Assembly (NCBI GenBank): GCA_964016885.1
Contig: OZ024742.1
Location: 85,250,001 to 85,314,000 of the forward strand
Source: Eledone cirrhosa
Lineage: Eukaryota
Direction: 5' to 3'
DNA: 64,000 bases
Below the pieces are notes generated by a model. That model saw nothing but the letters and a program-made list of their open reading frames with translations, had not been told where the DNA came from and made no database searches. The translations under genes and the position numbers were made by a program. Below, piece after piece: positions 40,715 to 53,680 of the stretch (position 1 is the stretch's first letter; each line of letters begins with the position of its first letter).

Positions 40715-43700
40715 GATACCTTCGTAAATAGCCAAAACGGTTCATAATGGAAAAACAGCCCTGTAAGTGATATAACCCTGAAATGGGTATAAAACAAGAT
40801 TGACGTAAATCGACATAAACTATTTTCATCATTCGAGAAATATTTTTAATAATTATTAAAAAAAGATTTTTCAGTGATTTCTCAGTGAATATGATTTCAT
40901 ATTTACAAGTTGTTTGTACTTCAAGTATCTATATTTGAGCTTTCTTTAAATAGACGATATTTTAATTATCAGAAAAGCATTAAGTGAATATCACTGAAAA
41001 ATACCAGTTAGTGTTAAACAGTAGGTGTTTATATTTTTGCTTTTGTTAAAATGAATATTTCAATTATTTAGAAATATTTTAAAGTGAATTTGATTTCAGA
41101 AATAGCTTTATTTACATAGACAATATCTTCATTTCTTAAACATTATTTTCAAGTGAATACGATGGAAGAAATATTTCTTGGCATATTTAAAAAATATTAA
41201 GTGAAAATGACTTAAAAATTACAAATTATTTGAACACTGAGTATATATATTTCAACTTCCTTTAAAGAGAATGTTTTAATTATTAATAAGTATTTTTTAA
41301 GTGAATATGATTTGAAAAATACGAGTTGTATAAACAGACAATATTTTCATTATTTAGAAATATTTCTAAATTAGGATTTAAAAAAAATATTTGTTGAGGT
41401 AATAGGAATTTTTTATAAGGTGAATACGATTTTCGATTCTTAAATAATGCCTCAACGAGGAAGAAAGAAAACATATGCTTGGTCTATCGATAGTAGAAAG
41501 AAAGCACGGCTAAGGAGAGCCGAAGAATGTGAGCAAGATAGTGGTCAACGCCAACAAAATCGGGACAGGCTTGTGGAAGACAGGGAAAGAAACAGAAGCA
41601 GGAGAGATCATGAATCGGATGGTCGGAGAGCTGAGCGTTAGGCGGAACAGAGGAAGGAGAGATCATGAATCGGATGCTCAGAGAACCGAACGTCTTTGCC
41701 AACCAACCATTAGGGATAGAGCAAAGACAGTTCAAAGACGTGACCCCTCTGCTGATGTTGGACAGATGTATAAGATCTGTGTCTGTTGTCATGCAATGCT
41801 TTTTCATGGTAAAAGTGCTAACTTTTGCTGTATAAATGAAAAAGTCAGGTTGGGGAATCTGCAGCCTTTTAGCCCAGGGACTTCACAGTTTATTTAGCAC
41901 TGATCAACCTAGGGCAAACGAGTTCAGGAAGAACCCCAGACAATACAACTGCCTGTTCCAAATGACATCTTTTGGAGCCGAAGAAGTTCGTTCCTCAAGG
42001 AGTGGATGGAATCCTTCCATCTTTATTCATGGTCAAATTCACCATTACATCGGTTCCTTAACCCCTAATCCCAACGAACACACCCAATTTCTTCAAATTT
42101 ACTTCTTGGATCCTCAGGATGCTGTTGATTTGAGGATCAGGATACTCCATAACCATGGCATCCAGCGCCACATAGTTGAATTATTGGAAATAATAATCAG
42201 ATAATATTACCCTTACGTTGCTTCATTTCGAACGGCAAAAGAACAAATTAAAAATATTCCCGAAGCTTCGATTATTATTGATCCTGATAGGAGACCAGCA
42301 ATGGAACATGAGAGAAGATTCAATGCACAAACTGCAAACGAGATTGCCGTTATTATACAAAACAGCACTGAACTTCAAACAAAAGCACGGCACATTGTGT
42401 TGAATGAAAAAGCGTACAATTGCAAATAATCTCAGAGTCCCATCGGTCCTATGGCACTTTGCAGTATGTTCTATGTTTTACTTTTGGCGATGACGGATGG
42501 CATCATGAGCGCTACTATGCCTATCGAATAATGAACCATGAGAATTAATTCAACAAACTTCTCAGAGGCGGTCGTTTATTTCAGCAATATATGGTTGACA
42601 TGGCTACGAAGATTGAAGGAGATAGACTGCAATACATCCGAATGAATCAAACAGCAGTGCGATCTACAACATACAAGGGCCTTAATGACGCATTGAATGA
42701 TGATGACGATTTTCGCAATATTGGCAGGCGAATCATACTCTCTTCCACATTTGTCGGTGGACCGTGATATATGATGGAGCGATGCCAAGATGCACATACG
42801 GAAGTACAGCAATCCTTCGTTCTTCATCTCAATGACATGCAATCCAAATTGGCCTGAAATCCGGTAAAACCTATTCCTGAATCAGAAGCCACATGACAGG
42901 CCAGATTTAATTGCCAAAGTATTTGACCTGAAGTGGAAACTGTTAATAAAGTAGCTTACTGGAGTAGATGGCCTATTCGGCAAGTGTATAGCTTACGTGC
43001 TGACAGTCGAATATCAAAAGCGAGATCTTCCTCGTGTGCACTGCTGGCTACGCCACAATGAAGCCTCCAAGTCCAGACCGCAGGAATGATACATTTATTC
43101 AAGCCGAAATACCAGATCCAAACAAAGATCCAGAGGGTCATGAATTGGTGCTGAAGCACATTATCCACGGTCCGAATTGCTCTAACAATTCGCTGTGTTG
43201 GAAAGATCGTACGTGCAGTAAGCGGTACCCTAAGCCTTTCAATAAATATACATTGTGTGTAGAGGGCTCTTATCCTGTGTACAGAAGACAGTCTCCAGGA
43301 ATGGGACGATTTGAGGGGCACCAAGAAGGAAGGGGAACCGAAATATAACTTCGGAATGGGTGGTTCCCTACAATATGAAACTATTAAAAATGTTCAACTA
43401 CCACCTAAACGTAGAGATGTGCTCCTCCGTTAAGTCGATCAAATACATTATCAAATATAGCATGAAGGGCAATGATCAGTCAATGTTTGGAGTGAACAGG
43501 GAAGAGGAGACAATACAGTATTTAACAGGAATATATATCGGTCCTTCAGAAGGTGTTGCCTTGGTACTTGGATTTCCAATTCATGAGAGAGAACCGGCCG
43601 TAGTTCGCCTTCAAGTCCATCTACCTGAGGGACATCAAATCTTCTTTCGAGTCAATGCTTCGTTTAATGTAAACAATAACATGCAAAGACGACTCTGACT

Positions 43701-46441
43701 GAGTTCATGGATCTTTGCGATGGCGATCTGTTTGCAAAAACATTGTATTATGCCAATGTGCCAAAGTTTTACACTTGGAGTAATAAGAGATGGGAAAGGA
43801 GAAAGGTAGGGAAAACTGTTGATGCAGTAACCAGGGATTTTTGAGGCGAACGTTTTGGGACGAGTATACACTGTTTCTCCACGAAGTGGTGATCTGTATT
43901 ATTTAAGACCTATTCTGCATCACGTCAAAGGGCCAGTATCCTTCAACTCTTTGAAAGTGTGTGATGGAGAACTCCTGCCATTATTCAAAGACGTCTGCAG
44001 GGAGAAAGGTTTGCTTCAATCGGATGATCATTGGCAGCAGACTCTGGAAGATACTGAGCGAACAAGGCTTCCCAAAGCTATGAGAGATCTATTCATCCTG
44101 TTCCTCATAAATACGGAAATTGACAATTCCAGTGCTTTATGGGTTCGATTTAAGCATTCGCTGTCTGAGGATTACCTTCAAATAGAAAAAAAGGGCTACC
44201 AGAAACTCTAACCTTTTGATTAGCGAGAGACATTATGATCAATGTCTTCTGTATTTCGAAGACAAAGCTAATGACATGGGCAAAAGTCTTAGTGAATTAA
44301 ACTTGCCAAGGCCAAATAATATTTTTGCTAATCAGGATATTCGCAATTTGGAGTTATTGCACGAATTGCAATACAGCACAGAAGAGCAGCGACGATTTGT
44401 ATAAGAGACGGAGCCTCTGTTGAAGAGTGAACAAAAACACGTGTACGACTTCGTTTGTAACAGTTTAGAGACGAACACAACTGCATTCATTTTCATTGAC
44501 GCTCCAGGTGGAACAGGAAAGACATTCCCGATTAACTTAATTATTTCAAAAGTCAGGGGAAACGGTGTCGTGGCTATAGCTGTTGCGCAATCTGGCATTG
44601 CCGCAACACTGATGCCTGCTGGAAGAACAGCGCATTCTAGGTTCAAAATACCGATAGTAGTCAAAGAAAATGGTCTGTGCAACATTGATAAAAACTCAAC
44701 GACGGCAAACTTCTTCCAGCATACAAGGCTGATTGTTTGGGATAAGTGTTCTATGATTCGCAGGGAAAGCTTCGAAGGTGTTGACCTCACTCTGCGTGAC
44801 ATATGCGACAACATTAAAATATCCTACGCCTGCATTAAAATATCCTACTTATGGCGAAGCTTCAAAAGATTTCAGTTGAAGACAAACATGCGATTGAGTG
44901 GGGGAAGAGGAGACTATTCACAGTTCCTATTGGATATTGGAGAAGATAAGATAAAACAAACTGAAAATGAGAAAATTATTTTGCCAACATAAATGGTTCT
45001 CCAAGCAACAACAATGGAAGAATGTATTGATTTCATCTACCCCTCATTCGGCAATCCAGCTGAAGTGTTTTCGAACAATTGCATCTTAGTACCTCTCAAT
45101 AAAATGATGAGAAGCATAAAAGAGTACCGATCATATAATTCTGTGAGTGATGGTGCCAGTGCCACTCATTTCCCGACTGAATTCCTTGATTCGGTTGAAC
45201 TATCACGACTGCCACCATATAACCTGGAATTGAAAAAAGGATCGCCAATAATTCTTATGAGAAACTTGAATCCTCCAAGGATTTTTAATGGAACTAGCAT
45301 GATCGTGGAATAACTGCACGACGATCTCATAGTAGCAAGAATCAACACTGCTGCTTTCAGAAATGAGATCGTTATGATACGTAGAATAAGAATTAATCTA
45401 TCCGAAGGTGAGGATATCCATTTGCAGCGAAGCCAATTCACAGTTCAATCGTCCTTCGCTATGACTATTCATAAAGCGCAAGGACAAACTATGGAAAACG
45501 TCTTGGAATGACCTTTATTCCAACACGGTCAACTGTATGTAGCCCTTAGCCGCGGAAAACGAAAAGAAAATGTCAGAGTGTGTTTGAAGGATACCCAGCC
45601 AACTAAGAATGTTGTCATCAAAAGCATTCTTTTGAACAAACTGTAACAGCGTAAATATGAGAAAATGTTGATTCCGACGTCAGAAAATGAAAGGAAAAGG
45701 AAAAACTGAGACAAGTAAACATAATTTCTTTCAATTTTTTTTGTAAATAAAACCAGCTTTTCATTAACATTGCAACTTTTTAAGCAGAAAAATCTTTCAG
45801 AACATCCATAGAGATATGGAAAAAAGAATTTTGAAGTGGAGTGATTGGATAGCTATTAGTGAAAAATGATTTGATATTTTCTTTGTGAATAATACAGTGA
45901 AAAGACAAGTTTCACGTAAATCGTACCACGGGGTCCCGAGATACGCGGGTTTTTTCGGGTACCTTTATAAGTATCCAAATCAGCGCATAATGGGAAAATT
46001 CTTTGAAAATAAAGTACCATTGAAATCTGAATACAAACGCAGATAGTGGCTGTGAGAGAAAGAGAGAGAGATAGAGAGAGGGAGAGAGCTGGTGGTGTTG
46101 TTGAATGAAATTATGACTGGTGACTTCAAAAAATTGAATACAGCATTATTGTATCTAGCTGGAGTTTGGTGACTGAATATTAAGTTATATGTATCTTATA
46201 ACGTGTGTTAGGACAGGATGTATGTGTGTGTGTGTCTGTAACCAGTGTATACAGGCCACAGATACCCACACACACAAACACATATGTATATATATACATG
46301 TACATACACACACACACACATACACGTATATATATATTGGCTGTCCAATGTCATTTTACATTATATACATTTTGTGTATATTTTAATTATTTAAAAATGA
46401 TTTTTAAGTGAACATGACCCAACGGGTCACGGGTGGTCTAT
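39884..46441 (+). mobile_element. Helitron 3 (decayed, third family)
   Basis: 5' TCtatttactac. RepHel remnants. 3' hairpin tgaccc aac gggtca then ggtCTAT. Subterminal repeats at both ends. Confidence 0.8.
41447..45647 (+). pseudogene. Helitron RepHel, disrupted
   Basis: Motifs YNCLFQMTSFG, FFISMTCNPNWPEI, TVEYQKRDLP, KYIIKYSMKGND, DAPGGTGKT, GRTAHSRFKIP, FAMTIHKAQGQT, HGQLYVALSR. Confidence 0.93.
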
Positions 46442-46451
46442 ATATATATAT

Positions 46452-46665
46452 AAAAGGATCGATCGACTTTCCTCAAATCGGACCGAGGAAAGAATGTTTC
46501 CGTTGGACTTTCCAGTTGCTTGTACTATCTATCTCGAGGTAGAAGGAGCAAAGCCGAATAAATTGTCTTGCTCAAGAACATAACACATCGCCCGGTACAG
46601 GAATCCAACTCGAAACCTCAAGATTGCGAATCTAATTGTCTAGCCACTCAGAAACACGCCTTCAC
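46452..46665 (-). mobile_element. tRNA-derived SINE of a second family, diverged
   Basis: Minus strand: gaaggcgtgtttctgagtggctag (A-box-like)...gagttggattcc (B-box-like)...gttcttgagcaagaca. Confidence 0.6.
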
Positions 46666-47027
46666 ATATAAAAAAGTATTTGAATTATCTATTGATAAAA
46701 GCAACATATATACTCACCATAATTATTTATATAAATAACCTGTTGTAATATAATAAAATGAAATATACTTACAACCCTAATTCTTCATGAAATATACTTA
46801 TAAATATTATCTCTATAATGTTAAAACTCACTATTAGAATAGACCCAAAAATTAGTAGTATCTCTCACTTTTTTAAATTAATATTCTACCACTTCAACAC
46901 ATTTATAATTCTCATATTATATTATAGATACTCCCCAAAAATATATAATTATATAATTAAATAAATAAATATAATTATTTCACTCTCTTTACACCATCAC
47001 TAATACGATCCATACAATTATATATTA

Positions 47028-47222
47028 ATAATTGTTTCTACTTTAGGCACAAGGCCAGCAAATTACCCAGTGCATTACTGGTACTTTATTTTATCGACCC
47101 CGTAAGGATGAAAGGCAAAGTCAACCTCGGCGGGATTTGAACTCAGATCGTAAAGGGACGTAACTATGCTGGAGAGCTTGGCGTCCGACGCTCTACCGAT
47201 ACTGCCAATCCACCGCCCTCTT
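47028..47222 (-). mobile_element. Full-length tRNA-derived SINE (cephalopod type, Nin/Deu-like core)
   Basis: A box TGGCAGTATCGG, B box GAGTTCAAATCCC, core gttgactttgcctttcatccttacggggtcgataaa, and an att-rich tail. Confidence 0.88.
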
Positions 47223-47744
47223 ACAGTTTACATAATGAGGGTGAGTATGTCAAATGATAAATACATTTTGTCGGAAAACATTTTGTCGAATCGATCTCTT
47301 GACAAATGCATAGATGTGTCTCTCACAAACCAAACATATAGACGCTTGATGCTGCAAAATCATATTGTAAGACCCACATAAACAAAAATGAAAATAGCCC
47401 AACAGTTCAATAACCATCGGTAGAAGGCGATACTGAGTAAGCGGAAACATATACGAGGTGTCTCTCAAATGAATTTAGAGACAATTTGAAAAACTTCACC
47501 ACCTATTTTATCCAAATACGCTTCAAGCGAATCAACAAAAACGACAACAAAAACAACCAACGAAAAGAACTACAACGGCAACAAAACCAACAAGCACCAC
47601 AGAAACCACAATAACTACAAGGAAAAGTCAATCCTAAGGTTAGGCACAATAGAACTGTCATTGAATGGTCAAACATTTTTCACAAATTTCAATTACCATC
47701 CACCAATTTCCCTGAATGCCCTAGGAGAGCAATCATAACAACCA

Positions 47745-48300
47745 CGAAAAATGCTTAGTTTACAGATTATGCATTTCTTATCTATACAGGGAGGTCTTTG
47801 AAGAGTGTATGTATTACTAATACGTGTTTTTATTGAGGTACCTGGTCTTTCTACTATATTAATATTTAGTTTAAGTTTATCTAGGGCCCTTCAAAATTTG
47901 TAAGCTAATTCACCTCTAGGGGTTGTAATGATGAACATTACACTCTGGTATTTATTGCTATCATACCATGAGTTTATTCTATTAACCTTATTCCTAGTTC
48001 TTTCTATTCTATTCCAAAATGTGCTCCTATACAAGAGGCAGGTCCCATTTGTATCATTATTTACCATTTTATCCCATTTGGTTCGGGCTCCTCTATATAC
48101 TCTGATTGTAACCAGAGAACTGCATACGGTGGATGAAGTGTTGTATGTGTCCCTCTATCTCTTTGGGGTTGCACATGCGGGACACTTTTCTCATCACCCG
48201 TACTAAATCCGCAATCAGTATATTGATTTTGGTGTGATCCGAAACAGCTGAGTTTCGGTGGATCAGATATTTGGAAGTCATTGGTTTGGCATAACTATAT
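47745..48300 (-). pseudogene. PLE thumb/linker fragment of another lineage
   Basis: AKPMTSKYLIHRNSAVSDHTKINILIADLVRVMR...RMQFSGY, VMFIITTPRGELA...IVERPGTSIK, PCIDKKCIIC. Confidence 0.7.
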
Positions 48301-48375
48301 ATATATATATTTATCAAAATATATTTTTCCAATTCCAGCCCACGCATCTCTTTAATCTATCTTATTTCTCCTCTT

Positions 48376-48411
48376 TCTTCTGATGAAGGAGTAGCTTCCG
48401 AAATATTAAGA
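48376..48411 (+). ncRNA. Minimal type I hammerhead motif in a PLE terminal fragment (~48310-48488) that ends in (CA)n
   Basis: tctt-CTGATGA-aggagtagcttcc-GAAA ta T T-aaga. Stem III is palindromic (aatatt). Confidence 0.6.
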
Positions 48412-48504
48412 CCCTCTTCCTGCAATCGCAAGTGTTAATCTAATATAATCCTTCCACACAGTGTACCGATTGTGTTGTTTACCTTTTACACACACACACA
48501 CCCA

Positions 48505-48574
<70 letters not shown>

Positions 48575-48655
48575 GTTATTCCGGGTTGAATGGGAGGTAA
48601 CCACAGTAAGTAGGTACTCAATACATAGCAGAGTATAACAGTTTTAATATAGATG

Positions 48656-48706
48656 AGATTCTACAGGACTATAACTGTTTCATTCTTTAGAAATCATCAG
48701 GAATAT
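48656..48706 (-). ncRNA. Type I hammerhead ribozyme (3' pLTR)
   Basis: atattc-CTGATGA-t ttc taaa gaa t-GAAA cag ttatagtc ctg T A-gaatct. Confidence 0.8.
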
Positions 48707-49457
48707 GGGTATCAAAAAATAAAAATGGTATTTATAGGTCTCTACAAGTGGTAGGAGAGGGTGGGGAGTGGGATGGGTGTAGGTCATTGGTTGATAGAAA
48801 AGGGAATTCATTAAAAGCTAATTCTACAAAGCTATAGTTTATTTTTATTAACAAAGGCAGACATAATGCTATAAGCAGGTTCCGGATGGCATACCATTCC
48901 TTGTCATTAAGTTTCTCTTAAGCTAACATATGTCTATAAGATCAGTGGGGGGTCAGTCATGGTAGAAAGAATTAAAGAAAAGGAAGATTCTTTAAAAGCT
49001 AAAATCATTAAGGTTCTACTAAGTGACAAAGGTTTAGAGAATTCTGTAGACAGATTCAAATACTGAGTGCATATCTTACAATTATCTTCGAACTTCTCTT
49101 AAACTAATCAACTATATGCCAACAATCAACAGACACATTCACAAAAAAACACACTCACTCACACACTCACGCGCAAACATAAACACACATACACATATAC
49201 ACACATAAAAACACACACACATATATATAAATATTCATATACATACATATACATACACACATATATACATATATATATATATATATTTAAAAAAATGTAT
49301 ATATATACACACACACATATACATACACACACACATACATATATATACACACACACACACATATATACACATATAAAAATACACTCACACACATACATAC
49401 AAACACAAATATACATGTGTATACATATACACATAAAGACACATAGATATATACATA

Positions 49458-49548
<91 letters not shown>

Positions 49549-49589
49549 CATATACACACACATATATACACATACACACACATACATAC

Positions 49590-49624
<35 letters not shown>

Positions 49625-49682
49625 TATACACATATATAAGGAAAAAGCACCATACATACATGTATATATATATATATATATA

Positions 49683-50724
49683 TGGTGGCTGCCAACTCGT
49701 TTTCGAGTACGGCCACTACTTTATATCCATGTAGGAGAACCCCCACCGATGCGCTAAACAGGTGTGACTTTTAGTCCAGCCAGCGACTTGAAAACTCTGG
49801 TACAAACACTACACCTGTGACAATTATTGACACATAGTGTTGGGCCTTTGGTACCATGTGACGACAAGTGTAGAGAGATCTCCAGATATAAAGCAATGCC
49901 TGTGCCGTGAAGCTTTTATAGTGAGCAAAGGCACTGCACAAAGCCAGTCCCACTCTCTTAACCAAGATGATATTTACCAAAAAGAAGAATAAGTCAACAT
50001 CATTGGATACCATCAGGGTTGCAGGTGTTATATCAGAGTTTTCCTTCTCTTAGAATTCTGCCTTGACAAAGGCTAAGGGGTCATCTCTCCCGGACACACA
50101 CATATATATATATACATATGGTGGCCGCCAACTCGCCTTCGAGCACGGCCACTACTTTACATCCATGTAGGAGAACCCCTACCGATGCGCTGAACGAGTG
50201 TGACCCTCAGTCGAGCCAGCGACCTGAAAACCCTGGTACAAACACCATAATTGCGACAACTACTGACACAGTGCCGGGCCCATGGCACCATGCGACGACA
50301 AGTGCAGAGAGATCTCCAGATATAAAGCAATGCCTGTGCCGTGAAGCCTTCACAGTGAGCAAAGGCACTGCACAAAGCCAGTCCCACTCTCTCAACCAAG
50401 ATGATATTTACCAAAAAGAAGAACAAGTCAACATCATTGGATACCATCAGGGTTGCAGGTGTTATATCAGAGTTTTCCTTCTCCTAGAATTCTGCCTTGA
50501 CAAAGGCTAAGGGGTCATCTCTCCCGGTGATTTTGGATGGCCATTGACTCTTAAGAGCTCCTTTGCCCATTGACACGTTTTGTTTTTAGTCCTGCAGGAT
50601 GTCCAAAGTCACCCTCCTCACCAAGAAACCTTGGTGGGGTTGCCAGTTTAGTCGCCAACGACCCGACCATGAGACAGGTTGTACTGGGATACATGTTACC
50701 AGTAGCACCAACTGGTGAGCTGAC
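49683..50724 (-). mobile_element. Non-LTR (RTE-like) 5' UTR segment with a ~410 bp direct duplication (49683-50093, 50117-50527)
   Basis: The duplication is read directly. The RTE assignment rests on recalled similarity of ctaggagaaggaaaactctga and ggcgactaaactggc to RTE 5' UTRs. Confidence 0.5.
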
Positions 50725-50750
50725 ATATGTATATATATATATATATATAC

Positions 50751-50793
<43 letters not shown>

Positions 50794-50872
50794 TATATAG
50801 AGGGAGAGAGATACACCATTCATACATATATTCATATATTCATATATATATATACACATATTCATACATATA

Positions 50873-50936
<64 letters not shown>

Positions 50937-50997
50937 TACACACACACATATACATACATACATACATACATACACATACACATACAAACACATATAT

Positions 50998-51042
<45 letters not shown>

Positions 51043-51351
51043 TATACATACATACACATATATACATACATATAAATACACACATAAAACACATATACAC
51101 ACATACATATATATATATATATATACACATACACATACATATACACACATACAAACAAATATATACACATACAAATAAATAAGTACTCAATAAATATACG
51201 CATATACGCAGGCACATAAAAACATCTCTACAGGCAGAAAATGTAGATAGGAAGGATGTACTCACATAACCATAGTGGCCGTATTTCAGGTTGAGGAGGG
51301 GTGGGGGTAGGGCGGGGAGGAGGTATAGGGGCCAATAGGGGGAGGTCATTT

Positions 51352-51750
51352 TTAGCCATCGGGCTTTAACACTGGCTTAAAGTGTTTGAAAGTTGCAAAG
51401 TTCTTGTGCATGCAGTTCGGCAGTGTTCAGAGAGTTTGTTCAGTAGCGGGCCCTTGGCGAATAAAATTTCGTAGCTCTCTGAAATACAAAGCTCGCTGCC
51501 CTTGTGTCCTCCGTTGTAAGAGCGCGCTTTCTGGAGTATTTTCCATTTAAGCGTGAAGGGGGTGGAGTTCCTTTTGAGGTCTCAAACGTAGGAGGCGAGT
51601 CTTGTCTGATTTGATTTGTCCGGTCTTCTGAAGGAGTGGGTATGGGCATACCAACGGGTCTTAAAGTTGTTGGAGGTCATGCCGATGTAAGTTTTTTTGC
51701 ATTCCTCGGAGCCTGAGATGACATCGCATTTGTATACGATATCATTAGTT
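51352..51750 (-). pseudogene. GIY-YIG endonuclease of the same element, out of frame and interrupted
   Basis: DIVYKCDV...TYIGMT..FKTRWYAH...YV*DLK...CDLCISE. It has a 4-nt insertion, a Trp->TGA change and a further 1-nt deletion. Confidence 0.9.
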
Positions 51751-53499
51751 AGGGAGGCATTTGTTTTCAAGTGGGCATGCTTCCTTATTCAGGCAATTAC
51801 ATAGAGCCCCAGTCCGGGGAATGGGTTCGGAGGTGGTTGGCTTATTTAATTTTTTAGAATTGTGGTTGGCTATATTCCTAGCTAGGTTAGGTGTGGTGGA
51901 GTAAGACAGTCTTATTGTGTTCTTATTAAAGATGGTGTGGTACCTATGTTGTATGGGGAAGTGTAATTTCAGTAAAGTGAAGAAAATCCTAGCTATCGGA
52001 GTAGATACCTCTCTATTGAAGGGAGGGTTGTACCAGCTAATCTGCCTATGTCTATTCCTCCTCTGCCATCTTGCGGTGGTTTCTAGGTAAGTTATCTTAT
52101 CTTTAAATCCGCTACGGGCAAGGGCGTCATTGTAGTAGGAGGCAGATGCATTAAAAATATATTTGTTGGCGGAGAGGCCAGATATTCTAATAGAGACGCT
52201 TTTTACTAGGTTATCAGTGATGTTTTGGGGGTGGTTTGAATTAACATTAATATATTTAAGGGACTCGTTAGGTTTGTGGTACGGGTAATAGAGGGAAGTG
52301 TCTAGGTCGAGAGTGACATCTAAGAAGTTGGCCCTAGTCAAATTAGAATCTATAGTTATACTAAATCCTAGATTAGAGAAGAAAGAGCTTAAGTTTTTCC
52401 GAAACCCATCGGTGGTTCTGGGGTTAACCTTACGCAGGGCTAAGAGGCCGTCGTCTCGGTATAAACCTCCCGTTAAGCCGGTAAAGAGGTTCTTCAGGTT
52501 ATGTAGGATGTACAGGCCCACAAGGTCGCTAATTTCAGCCGAGTCACTCGCCCCCATGCTAACGTCAAATGGGGTCTGAGATTTCTTGTTGATCCAGTAA
52601 GATCCATCGTGGTATAGAAAGGTCTTACGAGCGTGGAGGATAACAACTTGCTCAGCATCGGTAATGGTGGTAAAATTCCTGGCAAAGTTAATTGCGTCCT
52701 TCAGGAGGGGCTCCGAGATAGAGGCATAGTAGTTTTCTATGTCGAGTTGCAGGAAGCGAGTGTGGTGTTTATCGGGTAATTTTTGGAACCATGATATTGC
52801 CTCAGATGTTCTGCTCCAGAGTGGAAGTGGTGAGGCTGCCCGCAATGATGGTAGAACTCTATCCAGGATCTTCTTACTGATAGAGCCGATGTCAGAACGA
52901 GTGGGGTTGATAAGTCTGACTGATGGTTCGTTGAGGAAGTTTCCCTTATGGTCCTTCAGGGTAAAGTGCGAGGTCTTTACCCTTAAAGGTTCGGTTCGGT
53001 CGTGTAATTTAGGGGACTTGGCGATTTCTTTTCCGACCGCGTTTGTCTCAGTCAGTGCCCTCTCTATTACCTTTTTGTAGGTGGTCGTGATGGTATTTTT
53101 TGCCAGCTTATTGTAGGTCGGTGTTTCTACCTCATAAACGTTTTTGGTTTTATCGGAGGAGACATAAAGATTAGGGGATTTTTTTATATTCCGTAATTCG
53201 GCATTTAAGTAGGCCTGGAATGGTGTGGTGGCTGTACGGAATTTAATATCCTTGATCATCTTGAAGAGGTCTTCTTCAAATGGTTGGAGTAGGCTGTTGG
53301 TGGGTGGTGACTTATTCGTTTTGAAGCCGAACTTCTCATCATTGGTAGATGCTACATCAGTGTTGTCGAGGAAGAAGGCCCTCCATCTAATTCGCTTGAT
53401 GAACTCGTCGGTACGTCTGATGAGTGTTTTTAAGTATAGTTTCCTTGGGGGGATAGGGATGTTCTTCAAGGAAATATCAAGGTCGAGTTTGGTCAGCAT
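51745..53499 (-). CDS. PLE (Naiad-like) reverse transcriptase, open frame of ~584 aa from the ATG at 53499
   Basis: aaccATG context. Motifs SLKNIPIP, SSDKTKNVY, LKDHKGNF, VRLINP, LDIENYY, FDVSMGASDSAEISDLVGL, GLYRDDGL, NFLDVTL, SNHP, WYNPPF, CNCLNKEACPLENKCL. Confidence 0.92.
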   Translation of the reverse strand: MLTKLDLDISLKNIPIPPRKLYLKTLIRRTDEFIKRIRWRAFFLDNTDVASTNDEKFGFKTNKSPPTNSLLQPFEEDLFKMIKDIKFRTATTPFQAYLNAELRNIKKSPNLYVSSDKTKNVYEVETPTYNKLAKNTITTTYKKVIERALTETNAVGKEIAKSPKLHDRTEPLRVKTSHFTLKDHKGNFLNEPSVRLINPTRSDIGSISKKILDRVLPSLRAASPLPLWSRTSEAISWFQKLPDKHHTRFLQLDIENYYASISEPLLKDAINFARNFTTITDAEQVVILHARKTFLYHDGSYWINKKSQTPFDVSMGASDSAEISDLVGLYILHNLKNLFTGLTGGLYRDDGLLALRKVNPRTTDGFRKNLSSFFSNLGFSITIDSNLTRANFLDVTLDLDTSLYYPYHKPNESLKYINVNSNHPQNITDNLVKSVSIRISGLSANKYIFNASASYYNDALARSGFKDKITYLETTARWQRRNRHRQISWYNPPFNREVSTPIARIFFTLLKLHFPIQHRYHTIFNKNTIRLSYSTTPNLARNIANHNSKKLNKPTTSEPIPRTGALCNCLNKEACPLENKCLPN

Positions 53500-53629
53500 G
53501 GTTTCTTGATGATGGTTATAAGGGGCACAGAGAGTGCTAACATGTACGTTATTCCGGGTTGAATCGGAGGTAACCACAGTAAGTAAGGTACTCAATACAT
53601 AGCAGAGTATAAAAGTTTTAATATAGATG

Positions 53630-53680
53630 AGATTCTACAGGACTAGAACTGTTTCATTCTTTAGAAATCATCAGGAATCT
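53630..53680 (-). ncRNA. Type I hammerhead ribozyme (5' pLTR, ~130 nt upstream of the ATG)
   Basis: agattc-CTGATGA-t ttc taaa gaa t-GAAA cag ttctagtc ctg T A-gaatct. Confidence 0.87.

Noticed and set aside
40860-41440. CRISPR-like repeat-spacer pattern (aagtgaata..gattt)
   Set aside because: The repeats are short and degenerate with irregular spacing, the context is eukaryotic, and there are no cas genes. It is a Helitron-internal minisatellite.
47100-47222. tRNA gene (A and B boxes)
   Set aside because: No cloverleaf. It is the head of a multi-copy SINE.
50630-50724. HDV-like or twister ribozyme at the RTE-like 5' end (ccagt/actgg plus CTAA)
   Set aside because: I could not build P1/P1.1 or a twister core by hand. 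A covariance-model search would be needed.
51740-51765. Programmed +1 frameshift between RT and GIY-YIG (CCT AAC TAA)
   Set aside because: Homologs in the window read CLxxxIVY in one frame. The shift is explained by a 4-nt insertion, and a stop follows downstream anyway.
53500-53595. ORF-track start at 53595 (616 aa)
   Set aside because: It is a non-ATG start inside the pLTR tail. The ATG at 53499 has good context and precedes the conserved SLKNIPIP motif.
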